In this document: positions 19,083 to 28,757 of the stretch, piece after piece
Position numbering within the stretch: position 1 is the stretch's first letter
Layout of the letters: the number at the start of each line of letters is the position of its first letter
NCBI GenBank assembly: GCA_028279275.1
Contig: JANQOB010000012.1
Span: 20,203-84,202 of the forward strand
DNA: 64,000 nt
Direction of reading: 5' to 3'
Source of the DNA: Gammaproteobacteria bacterium
GTDB taxonomy: Bacteria > Pseudomonadota > Gammaproteobacteria > UBA4575
Position numbers and translations under genes: made by a program
The notes under the pieces: generated by a model
Seen by the model: only the letters and a program-made list of their open reading frames with translations
The model's database searches: none
Told to the model about the DNA's origin: nothing

Positions 19083-20543
19083 GTGCAGCAGCATTTTTAT
19101 ACTGGCATTCAATCCAAAGCGAACAAAACTAGTCCAGCGAAAATACTCGTTCGCTCAATGTTAGCGCTATGCGCGCTCTCACTGCTGACATTGAGTTCTG
19201 TAGGTTCTGCTACCACGATTGCTAAAATAAACGATCTTCGCATTGCAGATCGTAAAACCGAAACCAGAGTGGTATTTGACCTGACATCACCTGTTAAGCA
19301 CAGCATATTCGTTCTCAAGAATCCTAACCGAGTTGTTTTAGACATAGATCAATGTGATGCAAATGGCAGACTTAATGCTAAGCATGTAAGGGGTACCTTA
19401 ATAAAAGATATCCGTTATGCACAAAAAAGTAATAAAAAGTTACGTGTAGTATTTGACTTAAATAGTACAGTCTCTCCAAAAAGTTTTTTACTTCCACCGC
19501 AAAGTGGTAAGTCTTATCGCCTCGTTATTGATTTAAGTGCTAACTCCAAACCCACACTCGTTGCGGGTCAAGGCAAAACAAATTCGACAACAGAAACGCA
19601 AAAGCCTCGTGTAGAACCTGTAGTGGCAATGAAGGATGCACCAGCGAGCCTACGAGATTTTGTTATCGCGATTGATGCAGGTCATGGAGGTAAAGATCCA
19701 GGTGCCATCGGACGTGGAGGGACATTTGAAAAAGATATCGTATTAGCTATTTCTAAACGATTGAAAAAGCTAATTGATGAAGAACCTGGAATGAAAGCGG
19801 TGATGATACGCAACGGAGATTTTTTTATACCTTTGCGAAGTAGAATTAAAAGAGCCAGTCAGTTGAATGCAGATGTTTTCCTATCGATTCATGCAGATGC
19901 AGCAGTAGACCGTCGTGCGAAAGGTTCCTCGGTTTATGTTTTATCACAGCATGGTGCTACCAGTGAGGCGGCTCGTATCTTGGCGCAGCGTGAAAATGCG
20001 GCGGACAAAGTTGGTGGAGTCAGTTTAGATGACAAAGACGATGTTTTGAAATCCGTGCTAGTTGATTTGTCTCAGACCGCCACTATCGATGCCAGTATCG
20101 ATTTAGCTGAAGATATTCTCGGTGAACTTGCTAAAGTCGGTAATATCCTGCGGAATAATGTGGAACAAGCGGGCTTCGCTGTGTTGAAGTCACCCGATAT
20201 TCCATCTGTGTTGGTGGAAACTGCTTTTATTTCAAATCCTGCTGAAGAAAAACGTTTGAAGACTTCTCAGCACCAACAAAAATTAGCAATCGCCATTCTT
20301 AGAGGTTTGCGTGTTTATATAAAAGATCATGCTCCAGCAAATGCAATTTTAGCGAGCACACAAACACCCATCTCACCTACTCAATATACTATTAAACGTG
20401 GTGATACTTTGTCTGGGATCGCGGTTCGTTATCAAGTCAGTCTTAGAGATTTGCGCAAAATTAATGGTTTGCGTTCCGACCTATTGAAAGTAGGGCAAGT
20501 ATTAACGATTCCCACTTCACCAAAGGTAACAGCGGGGACCTAA
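19083..20543 (+). CDS. amiB: N-acetylmuramoyl-L-alanine amidase (AMIN + Amidase_3 + C-terminal LysM)
   Basis: Signal peptide. Amidase_3 motifs (IDAGHGGKDPGA, SIHADA). C-terminal LysM (YTIKRGDTLSGIA). Occupies the amiB position of the E. coli cluster. Confidence 0.85.
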   Translation: MQQHFYTGIQSKANKTSPAKILVRSMLALCALSLLTLSSVGSATTIAKINDLRIADRKTETRVVFDLTSPVKHSIFVLKNPNRVVLDIDQCDANGRLNAKHVRGTLIKDIRYAQKSNKKLRVVFDLNSTVSPKSFLLPPQSGKSYRLVIDLSANSKPTLVAGQGKTNSTTETQKPRVEPVVAMKDAPASLRDFVIAIDAGHGGKDPGAIGRGGTFEKDIVLAISKRLKKLIDEEPGMKAVMIRNGDFFIPLRSRIKRASQLNADVFLSIHADAAVDRRAKGSSVYVLSQHGATSEAARILAQRENAADKVGGVSLDDKDDVLKSVLVDLSQTATIDASIDLAEDILGELAKVGNILRNNVEQAGFAVLKSPDIPSVLVETAFISNPAEEKRLKTSQHQQKLAIAILRGLRVYIKDHAPANAILASTQTPISPTQYTIKRGDTLSGIAVRYQVSLRDLRKINGLRSDLLKVGQVLTIPTSPKVTAGT

Positions 20544-20867
20544 TCATCAAGTTAGAAGGGAGAACTGCGCATGGATGCGCACTTATCTTATCGCAATGGG
20601 CAGATATTAAGCTGCATCTGAATGATATAACTTATTTGAGTTAACTAGGCTGAAATGATGAAAAGGCTGGGGAATACAAAGTATTGATTCAGAGAGTTTG
20701 CTTATGACTCAAAACGGATATCTACTGTCCTAAATTTAGTTAGAGTGAATAATTATTACAGTTTTATTAATGTCTAGATATTTAACTTATCCCATTATTA
20801 ATGAATTTTGATTATTTGATACATCTCTATATACTTTAAATTAACTTGAACTACTAAGGAGGTGATC

Positions 20868-21089
20868 ATGAAATATCTATTTGGAATCACACTTTTAATC
20901 ATACTTCTTTCATCACATGCCATTGCTTGTGAAAAGATGAATAAAAATAAAAGTGCTAGTGTATTGAAATTAGAATCAACCAAAACTACACAGGTTGAAG
21001 CATCTCCGAATTCAGATAAAAATTTGATCGCTGATGAAAGTAGTTTTGCTGAGAAAATTAATAATTCCGTAAACGAAGGTAATAAGTAG
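20868..21089 (+). CDS. Small secreted protein (signal peptide MKYLFGITLLIILLSSHAIA), ~73 aa
   Basis: Near-consensus SD (aAGGAGGtgatc ATG), a Sec-type signal peptide, and a terminator downstream. Confidence 0.5.
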   Translation: MKYLFGITLLIILLSSHAIACEKMNKNKSASVLKLESTKTTQVEASPNSDKNLIADESSFAEKINNSVNEGNK

Positions 21090-21131
21090 CCTCATACGGA
21101 TTGATATAATTCGATTCTTAATCGATACGAT

Positions 21132-21166
21132 TTCAGAAAGACCCTGTCTAAATGGCAGGGTTTTTT
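21132..21166 (+). terminator. Rho-independent terminator
   Basis: gaccctg-tctaaatg-gcagggt followed by tttttttatg. Confidence 0.6.
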
Positions 21167-21258
21167 TATGTTTAAATAAAAAAGATACCCTCACTTCAAC
21201 TTTGTCTGTCTATGTCCGATAGTGGACACTAGCAGTTCATATTTAAAAGATAGTTAAA

Positions 21259-21675
21259 GTGGATATAGAAAAAGCTTTAGAAAAATACCCGGGCGCATCA
21301 ATTTTTGATTTTGGGGATAGTAAAATATTATCTGATGAATTATTAGCACTAGTTCGCAAAGGAAAAAAAACAGCAACTTGTGTTGCTTTGCGTGATTACA
21401 TTTCTGAGAAAGAGAAATTACCTGAAGTCGGTAGGCAGTATATCGCTGTGAATTACGAAGACCAAAGTCCCGCACTTGTTGTTGAAATTACAGAAGTCAC
21501 ACAAAAGCGATTCTGTGATGTTGACGAAGAATTTGCTCTGGATGAGGGTGAAAATGAAACTCTCGCTGAATGGCAACTAGATCATCAAAGTTACTTTGAA
21601 CGTAATGGTGGTTTTGATAAAAATATGATGGTTGTTTGTGAACGTTTTATATTAATTGAAGACTTTGAGCAATAA
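21259..21675 (+). CDS. ASCH-domain protein
   Basis: ASCH (PUA-like) family resemblance: a GxKxxT-like KGKKTAT region and a C-terminal aromatic/acidic part. Confidence 0.6.
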   Translation: MDIEKALEKYPGASIFDFGDSKILSDELLALVRKGKKTATCVALRDYISEKEKLPEVGRQYIAVNYEDQSPALVVEITEVTQKRFCDVDEEFALDEGENETLAEWQLDHQSYFERNGGFDKNMMVVCERFILIEDFEQ

Positions 21676-21785
21676 TGGACATGTTAATGGCTGCTATTGA
21701 CCGAAAACAGTCATAATCGAGTTGTAAAATTTGAATCTGAAGCAACCTCCCTGTTGCAACTCCTATACGCACATCCATGTGCTCA

Positions 21786-22811
21786 CTAACTAAATAACTT
21801 TGAATCTTGCTCTTTTTGCCACCAGGAGAAAAATAACTTATCGATTGTTAACTGAACGGATATAGCCAAGCGTTCACTGATCGTTTTGGGAACTTCATAT
21901 TTGATTTCGTAAATATCTGAATCTTTACTGGCATTCAACAGATAGTCATCGCTTGTTATGAGTTCATCTACTAACTTGAGCTCAATCCCGCGAGTAGCAA
22001 GCCAATGTTCGCCAGTAGCCACTTTACCGATATCAAGAATAGGACGGTTCTCTTTTACAAATTCTTTGAATAAATCATGTGTATCTTGTAGTTGTTCGTT
22101 GAAATGCTTTCGGTCTTCATCTGTATTTTTTCCAAATATGGTCACAGTACGTTTTAACTCGCCTGCTTTCATAAGTTCAAAATCTACACCGTGTTTATCT
22201 AGCAGTCGGTTAAAGTTTGGTAACTGTGCAAGCACACCAATTGAACCCACAATAGCAAAAGGCGCAGCAATAATTTTATCGGCCACACAGGCCATCATAT
22301 AACCGCCGCTTGCCGCAACTTTATCTACTGCTACAGTCAAAGGAATACCTTTTTGTTTGATGCGTAGTAACTGAGAAGAGGCAAACCCATGTTCGTGCAC
22401 CAAGCCGCCAGCGTTCTCTAAACAAACAACAACTTCATCATTACTATTCGCAACTGATAAAATTGCTGTGATTTCTTTTCGTAAGTGTCGAACCGCTGTA
22501 GCTTTAATATTGCCGAGAAAATTTAAAACAAAGATTCTTTTTTTATTTGGTTTGGTAGCTTTTTTCTCTTTCTTACGTTCTTTTTTGTTTTCTTTCCGTG
22601 CTTGTTTCATTTCTTTTTTAGGTAGAAGTGAAAAGCGCAAGGTATTTGCCATATTTTTATACTTTTTATTTAAATTGACGACTTCAAAATGATCATCCTC
22701 TTTAGTCTTTTTAGAAAAAGATAAACCCAGCATCATGAGCAGCCAGATAAAAATGAGTACAGTAACGGCTTTAGCTAAAAACAGTCCGTATTCGGCAAAT
22801 AATTCAATCAT
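21786..22811 (-). CDS. sohB: Inner-membrane peptidase SohB (S49 family)
   Basis: N-terminal TM helix, a Lys-rich linker, and an S49 ClpP-fold region (GGYMMACVADKIIAAP). Confidence 0.8.
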   Translation of the reverse strand: MIELFAEYGLFLAKAVTVLIFIWLLMMLGLSFSKKTKEDDHFEVVNLNKKYKNMANTLRFSLLPKKEMKQARKENKKERKKEKKATKPNKKRIFVLNFLGNIKATAVRHLRKEITAILSVANSNDEVVVCLENAGGLVHEHGFASSQLLRIKQKGIPLTVAVDKVAASGGYMMACVADKIIAAPFAIVGSIGVLAQLPNFNRLLDKHGVDFELMKAGELKRTVTIFGKNTDEDRKHFNEQLQDTHDLFKEFVKENRPILDIGKVATGEHWLATRGIELKLVDELITSDDYLLNASKDSDIYEIKYEVPKTISERLAISVQLTIDKLFFSWWQKEQDSKLFS

Positions 22812-22832
22812 GGGTTTTCCTGGGTGTAAAAG

Positions 22833-23669
22833 TTATAGGTTATATTGGCACTCGTAGCTACTAAAAAATTGTCCATGACCATTTTCAGAGGTGTCATCAT
22901 AAAACAAAGATTGTAGTTCTAATTTAGGCGAATTGAGAATCTCTCCATCGAGCATAGTGTTAAAAAATTTACCCCCAATGAATTGTTGAGAGTGCGTTAA
23001 ATATATTTTTGAAAGCTGCTGATCATTCACCATTGTGTGTAGCATTTTTGGACCTGCAATGAGATAAAAATGCTTAAATTCTTTTGTCGTGAGCATATCA
23101 ATTAAGGGTTTGCCTTCAACTAATTCATGTTTACCTGCAATCAAGACTTCATATCCTTCGTTTTGCCACTTTTTGATTTTATTTTCATCCGCTTGTTGGC
23201 CGGTGGCAACATACACTTGTTGATTATGTTCTTTTAAAGATGGATGCATAGGAAAATCAAGGCTAGAGCTCGCAATAACTACAGCAGGTTGTGGTGTGAG
23301 TCCTTGAAGAGTGCGCCAATTTGCTAAGTCTTCAGATTCTCGACTATCAGGTAGTTGCAATATATTTCCAAGTGAATTTTCTGCAAGCGCTCGCATATAT
23401 CCAGCATGCGTGATGAGACAATCTGCCTGAGCGTGTAGTTCAAGAAATAATCTAAAATCTTCGTCACTCGTTAAATGTTTGGGTAACTGTGCTTTGGTAT
23501 CTATATTAGGGCTCACTGCAATACGACCATCCAGACTGCTTAGAAAATTGGCCGTAACTTTGGGGTTAGTTGTATTTGATTTATACCAACCATGTTTGTA
23601 TAGATACAAATTTTTAAGCTCAATGTTCTCAGAGGGTGTTGGATAAAGTTGTAGTAGTTTTTTTGCCAT
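22833..23669 (-). CDS. RibD C-terminal domain / dihydrofolate-reductase-like protein
   Basis: DHFR-like fold motifs (SLDGRIAV..., ITHAGY). Confidence 0.55.
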   Translation of the reverse strand: MAKKLLQLYPTPSENIELKNLYLYKHGWYKSNTTNPKVTANFLSSLDGRIAVSPNIDTKAQLPKHLTSDEDFRLFLELHAQADCLITHAGYMRALAENSLGNILQLPDSRESEDLANWRTLQGLTPQPAVVIASSSLDFPMHPSLKEHNQQVYVATGQQADENKIKKWQNEGYEVLIAGKHELVEGKPLIDMLTTKEFKHFYLIAGPKMLHTMVNDQQLSKIYLTHSQQFIGGKFFNTMLDGEILNSPKLELQSLFYDDTSENGHGQFFSSYECQYNL

Positions 23670-23768
23670 GTCAGCAAAGTATTATTTAATGTTAAGGTTG
23701 TTTAAGTTTGATTCAAAGATTTACATGAGATCGTTTGCATAATCCTAGCATGTGCAAGCAATAAAATT

Positions 23769-24137
23769 ATGCAAAAACCAAATATTTCCACGGCAATTCC
23801 AAAGCATCGCTATAAGTTTGGTGCATATACGATTGTTGTGCTTGAGGAAATTCAATCTTCAAATGATATTGAATACATCTATTTGCTTGCGGGTATTAAA
23901 GACGGGCACAATGAGCCTGAGGTTTATATTTCCTGTGAAAAAGCACAGCCGGGTTCAATAGAAAAAGGCTCTCACATCATTAGAGTGTTCGCAAAACAAT
24001 TAGATTCCGAGCAATCGGGAAGTGTAATTGATCAGTCTGATGCATGGGCTGATCGCGATGCATTTATTTCTTATGGCCTTTCTGGTTTTCAACAAATGTT
24101 GGGGCTTGTTGACGAAGAACCCTATCTCATTTCATAA
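23769..24137 (+). CDS. Hypothetical protein (122 aa)
   Basis: ORF immediately upstream of mutL. No recognisable motifs. Confidence 0.35.
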   Translation: MQKPNISTAIPKHRYKFGAYTIVVLEEIQSSNDIEYIYLLAGIKDGHNEPEVYISCEKAQPGSIEKGSHIIRVFAKQLDSEQSGSVIDQSDAWADRDAFISYGLSGFQQMLGLVDEEPYLIS

Positions 24138-24143
24138 AAAATT

Positions 24144-25958
24144 ATGACAACTATACAACAACTACCTTCTCAATTAATTAATCAAATTGCTGCTGGCGAG
24201 GTGATTGAACGCCCAGCTTCTGTATTGAAAGAGTTACTTGAAAATGCCCTTGATGCTGGTGCAAGTAAGATAATCGTAGAGTTAGACCAGGGTGGAATGC
24301 AGTGCATTCGTGTAAGTGATAACGGTGTTGGAATTGATAAAAGTGAATTGCATATGGCGCTCATGCGTCATGCCACAAGCAAGATTTCATCAATGGAGGA
24401 TTTAGAGAACATTACAACCTTAGGCTTTCGTGGTGAGGCATTACCAAGTATAGCGTCGGTCTCAAGATTTAGTATTGCATCGAATAACAGTGATGACGGT
24501 AATGCAGGATGGGTAATTACTGCAGATGGGGGAGAGTTAGATGATGAGGTTATTCCTGTTCGTCAGATGCATGGCACAACCGTAGAGGTTAAAGATTTAT
24601 TTTTTAATGTACCTGCACGCAAAAAATTTCTGCGCACTGAAAAGACAGAATTAAAACATTGCGACAGTGTCATTCGAAAAATTGCACTATCATGTTTCAA
24701 TGTTCAAATAATTGTCAAACACAATGGTCGGAATACATTAGATATCAGTGCAAGTGATTTTTTTGAAAATGGTACCAATCGTGTGGCCGAAGTTAGTGGG
24801 AAACAATTTGCCGAACAAAGTATCTATTTGGAGAACACAGCACATGAAATGCAAGTTCAGGGTTGGATTAGTTTACCCACCTTTTCTCGTAGCCAGGCTG
24901 ATTTACAATACTTTTACGTGAATGGTCGCGCTATTCGTGACAAAGTGATTTCACATGCGATTAAGCAAGCATATCAAGATGTGTTGTACCACGGTCGGTT
25001 TCCAGCATTTGTATTATTTTTAGAAATGGATCCAGCACAGGTAGATGTAAACGCACATCCTACTAAACATGAAGTGCGATTTCGTCAAAGTCGCTATGTG
25101 CATGACTTCATTCGCCATACCGTGAGAAAAGCCATCGCAGAGACAATGCCTAAACAGGAACAACAAGCTGCTGAACAATATCGAGAAATTGTCGATGACT
25201 ACATTCGTGCAGCACAAAGTCAGAGCGTGTCAACAGAACAGTCTTATGCACATAGAGAATCTGTTTCGTATTCTCATGTAAATGAGCCTGTTCACAGTTA
25301 TGGCGCACAATCATTAAATGAATATGCTTTGTTGTTGAAAACCCCTCCTGAGGAAAAACACACCACAGAAGAAGCTCCGCCTTTGGGTTTTGCTATCGAA
25401 CAGTTACATGGTATTTATATTTTGGCACAAAATGCAAATGGCCTAGTCATTGTAGACATGCATGCTGCACATGAAAGAATTGTGTATGAAAAACTTAAAG
25501 CATCTTATAAGCAAGGTGATTTAGCTACCCAGCCATTATTGGTGCCAATTACTATCAATGTAAGTTCACAAGAAGCTGCCATTGCAGAGCAACATCGCGA
25601 TATATTTTTAAAATTTGGTTTTGATATCGAGCGTTTTGGTGAAGATAGTATTGTTGTGCGTGAGATTCCATCTCTATTGCAACAAGCCGACGTTAATACA
25701 TTAGTACTCGATGTACTATCAGATTTAAATATGTATGGTAGTACTGAAAAATTAGAAGAAGCAAAAAATGAACTCTTGTCTACAATGGCGTGTTATGGAT
25801 CTGTGCGTGCGCATAGAAAACTTACACTAGCAGAAATGAATGCACTGCTTCGTGAAATGGAAAATACTGAAAGAAGTGCACAATGTAATCATGGACGACC
25901 TACTTGGGTTCAATTGAGTATTGAGCAGCTTGATAAACTTTTCAAACGCGGTCAGTGA
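24144..25958 (+). CDS. mutL: DNA mismatch repair protein MutL
   Basis: GHKL ATPase N-terminus (IAAGEVIERPASVLKELLENALDAG) and a C-terminal dimerisation domain. Confidence 0.95.
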   Translation: MTTIQQLPSQLINQIAAGEVIERPASVLKELLENALDAGASKIIVELDQGGMQCIRVSDNGVGIDKSELHMALMRHATSKISSMEDLENITTLGFRGEALPSIASVSRFSIASNNSDDGNAGWVITADGGELDDEVIPVRQMHGTTVEVKDLFFNVPARKKFLRTEKTELKHCDSVIRKIALSCFNVQIIVKHNGRNTLDISASDFFENGTNRVAEVSGKQFAEQSIYLENTAHEMQVQGWISLPTFSRSQADLQYFYVNGRAIRDKVISHAIKQAYQDVLYHGRFPAFVLFLEMDPAQVDVNAHPTKHEVRFRQSRYVHDFIRHTVRKAIAETMPKQEQQAAEQYREIVDDYIRAAQSQSVSTEQSYAHRESVSYSHVNEPVHSYGAQSLNEYALLLKTPPEEKHTTEEAPPLGFAIEQLHGIYILAQNANGLVIVDMHAAHERIVYEKLKASYKQGDLATQPLLVPITINVSSQEAAIAEQHRDIFLKFGFDIERFGEDSIVVREIPSLLQQADVNTLVLDVLSDLNMYGSTEKLEEAKNELLSTMACYGSVRAHRKLTLAEMNALLREMENTERSAQCNHGRPTWVQLSIEQLDKLFKRGQ

Positions 25959-25964
25959 ATAAAG

Positions 25965-26090
25965 CCCTGATTTAATCTGATTACTTTGTTAAAAATTTTC
26001 TCGTACTCGCTCATGTATGTATTTATACACTATGCTCGTCTCGAAAATTTTTGCCTCGTCTCAAATTAAATCAGAACTTTTTTGAATTTT
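25965..26090. repeat. ~125-bp intergenic repeat element, copy 2 (upstream of miaA)
   Basis: About 80% identical to 14262..14385. Ends ctgatttaatctga / tcaaattaaatcag, an inverted repeat whose base changes between the two copies are compensatory. Confidence 0.7.
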
Positions 26091-27020
26091 GTGAAAAATT
26101 CTCGCGTCATTTGTGTAATGGGTCCTACAGCGAGTGGCAAGACTGATCTCGCGCTAACCATTGCTGATGAATTTCCTTGTGATTTGATAAGTGTTGATTC
26201 AGTGATGATCTACCGTGGCTTGGACATAGGCTCTGCTAAGCCAAGTTCAGAAGTGTTGCAAAAATATCCACATCAGTTAATTGATATAATAAATCCAGAG
26301 GAAAGCTATTCGGTCGCAAATTTTTGTGAGAATGCTTTGTATTTCATAAAAAAATCACATAGTAAGAATAGAATTCCTCTTTTAGTAGGTGGCACGATGC
26401 TATACTTCAATGCACTTCTTCATGGTTTATCTGATATGCCAAGCGCCAATGAAGAAGTTAGAAAAGAAATTACCGAACGTGCAAACGAAAAAGGTTGGGA
26501 CTATGTACATGCACAACTTGTAGAAGTTGATCCGCAAGCTGCGGCAAGAATACACCCTAATGATCCTCAGCGTATTCAACGCGCGATGGAAGTGTATGAA
26601 TTAACAGGCAGGCCTTTAAGTGAATGGCATAGTGAGGCTAAAGCAGTTCAATTTCCTTATGAAGTATTAAAGCTTGCATTGATCCCAAATGATCGAGCTG
26701 TTTTACATGAGCAGATTGAGCGAAGATTTGATCAAATGATGCAGGCAGGGTTCATGGAAGAAACACAGCAGTTATATGAGCGCAAATCGCTACACGCTGA
26801 TTTGCCCTCGATGCGTTCGGTTGGTTACCGGCAGGCATGGAAGTATTTTGCTGGAGAATATGATGCTGAAACAATGAAAGAGAAGGCAATTATAGCTACA
26901 AGACAATTTGCAAAGCGTCAACTTACATGGTTACGTAGTGAAGCAGATTTAGTTACGATTTCGGCTGAAAAACCTGATATTCATGACATTCGTCAAGAAA
27001 TATCCAGATTTTTAGCGTAG
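26082..27020 (+). CDS. miaA: tRNA dimethylallyltransferase (start uncertain: track uses TTG; GTG at ~26091 gives MKNSRVICVMGPTASGKT)
   Basis: P-loop GPTASGKT and MiaA-family length. Confidence 0.9.
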   Translation: MNFVKNSRVICVMGPTASGKTDLALTIADEFPCDLISVDSVMIYRGLDIGSAKPSSEVLQKYPHQLIDIINPEESYSVANFCENALYFIKKSHSKNRIPLLVGGTMLYFNALLHGLSDMPSANEEVRKEITERANEKGWDYVHAQLVEVDPQAAARIHPNDPQRIQRAMEVYELTGRPLSEWHSEAKAVQFPYEVLKLALIPNDRAVLHEQIERRFDQMMQAGFMEETQQLYERKSLHADLPSMRSVGYRQAWKYFAGEYDAETMKEKAIIATRQFAKRQLTWLRSEADLVTISAEKPDIHDIRQEISRFLA

Positions 27021-27124
27021 CTGAATGGGCACTGAAACTGCTACACTAACAGGGCAATAGGAGTCAAGAATTATGTTGACTTCTGATTGAGAAAATAAAA
27101 ATAACAAAAACTAGAGGTGCAGCA

Positions 27125-27361
27125 ATGTCAAAAGGTCAAACTTTACAGGAACCCTTTCTAAATGCTTTGCGAAAAGAAAAAGTCCCCGTATCAATTTATT
27201 TGGTGAATGGAATAAAGCTCCAAGGGCAAGTTGATTCCTTCGATCAATTTGTAGTGTTACTTAAAAATAGTGTCAATCAAATGGTATATAAACATGCCAT
27301 TTCTACCATAGTACCATCTCGTATGGTGAAGATGCCGATGACAGATGAGCAGCCTGAATAA
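27125..27361 (+). CDS. hfq: RNA chaperone Hfq (78 aa, short C-terminus)
   Basis: Sm motifs ([50 protein letters not shown]). Confidence 0.95.
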   Translation: MSKGQTLQEPFLNALRKEKVPVSIYLVNGIKLQGQVDSFDQFVVLLKNSVNQMVYKHAISTIVPSRMVKMPMTDEQPE

Positions 27362-27399
27362 ACTACCACATAAAAAATTTATCTCTATAGGGCGTATTC

Positions 27400-28686
27400 T
27401 TGTTTGAGCGCCCAGACATTGGTCAGCGTGCCATTCTTGTGCACGTAAAAATTAATGGATCTGCAAACAACCAAGATTTAGGTGAGTTTAAAGATCTTGT
27501 ACGATCTACAGGGGCGGAAATTGCCACAATCGTCACTGTGCAACGCAGCACGCCTGATGCAAAATTATTGATTGGCAGCGGTAAGGTCGAGGAAATTGGA
27601 AAACTTGCTTATTCCCTTGAAGCCGATATTGTTATATTCAATTATGCTTTGTCTCCAAGTCAGGAACGCAACTTAGAAAAAATATGTCATAAGCGAGTGC
27701 TTGATCGCACCGGATTGATCTTAGATATCTTTGCACAACGTGCACGATCCTATGAAGGTAAGCTACAGGTTGAACTTGCTCAATTAAAATATTTATCAAC
27801 ACGTTTAGTTCGCGGTTGGAGTCACTTAGAGCGTCAAAAAGGTGGTATCGGATTACGTGGCCCGGGTGAGAAGCAATTAGAATCAGATAGACGCTTGTTA
27901 CGTGCACGTATCAAACAAATATCCAAACGTTTAGACAAGTTACGTCAACAGCGTGACCAAGGTAGGGCTGCGCGCAGGAAAACGACGACTCCAACAGTAG
28001 CATTAGTGGGGTACACCAATGCTGGTAAGTCGACGCTGTTTAATCGAATGACAGAGTCTACGGTTTATTCTGCGGATAAATTATTTGCAACCTTGGATCC
28101 AACATTACGGCGTATGCAAATATCTAAAGGCCAGCATATTGTGTTGGCAGATACGGTTGGATTCATTCAAGATTTGCCCCATGACTTAATCGAAGCGTTT
28201 CATGCGACGCTGCAAGAAACTCAAGAGGCGGATGTGCTTTTGCATATCGTTGATGCGAGTGACCCGAACCGCGACAACAACATTGAACAAGTGCAAGCAG
28301 TGTTGGAAGAGATCAACGCATTAGATGTGCCACAAATTATGGTATTCAACAAAATCGATCAAATTGATATGTTGCCGAATATAGATTTGGATGCACATGG
28401 GCGGATACGGCATGTATGGATGTCTGCCTTGAGTGGCGAAGGTGAGGAGCTTTTAAAGCAAGCACTCAGACAGTATTTCGAACATAAAGTAGAGCGAGCT
28501 TGGTTACATATGCCCCCAACGGAGGGTGGATTACGAAGTGAACTGTATAGTCGTGGTGTAGTCTTACAAGAGTCTGTTGATGACAAAGGTTTTTGGTTGA
28601 TTGAAGCTGATATTCCTTTAAATATACTTAAAAAGTTTGCGGAATTTAAAATTCCTGAAGAATCTGTACAACGAGCTAGTATATAA
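27400..28686 (+). CDS. hflX: GTPase HflX
   Basis: GTPase motifs GYTNAGKST, DTVGF and NKID, downstream of hfq. Confidence 0.95.
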   Translation: MFERPDIGQRAILVHVKINGSANNQDLGEFKDLVRSTGAEIATIVTVQRSTPDAKLLIGSGKVEEIGKLAYSLEADIVIFNYALSPSQERNLEKICHKRVLDRTGLILDIFAQRARSYEGKLQVELAQLKYLSTRLVRGWSHLERQKGGIGLRGPGEKQLESDRRLLRARIKQISKRLDKLRQQRDQGRAARRKTTTPTVALVGYTNAGKSTLFNRMTESTVYSADKLFATLDPTLRRMQISKGQHIVLADTVGFIQDLPHDLIEAFHATLQETQEADVLLHIVDASDPNRDNNIEQVQAVLEEINALDVPQIMVFNKIDQIDMLPNIDLDAHGRIRHVWMSALSGEGEELLKQALRQYFEHKVERAWLHMPPTEGGLRSELYSRGVVLQESVDDKGFWLIEADIPLNILKKFAEFKIPEESVQRASI

Positions 28687-28757
28687 GCTGACTTTTTCTA
28701 TTGTCTTGATAGAATGTGACATTCGTGTCGAATAAAAGTTAACCCATAACTATTTTT

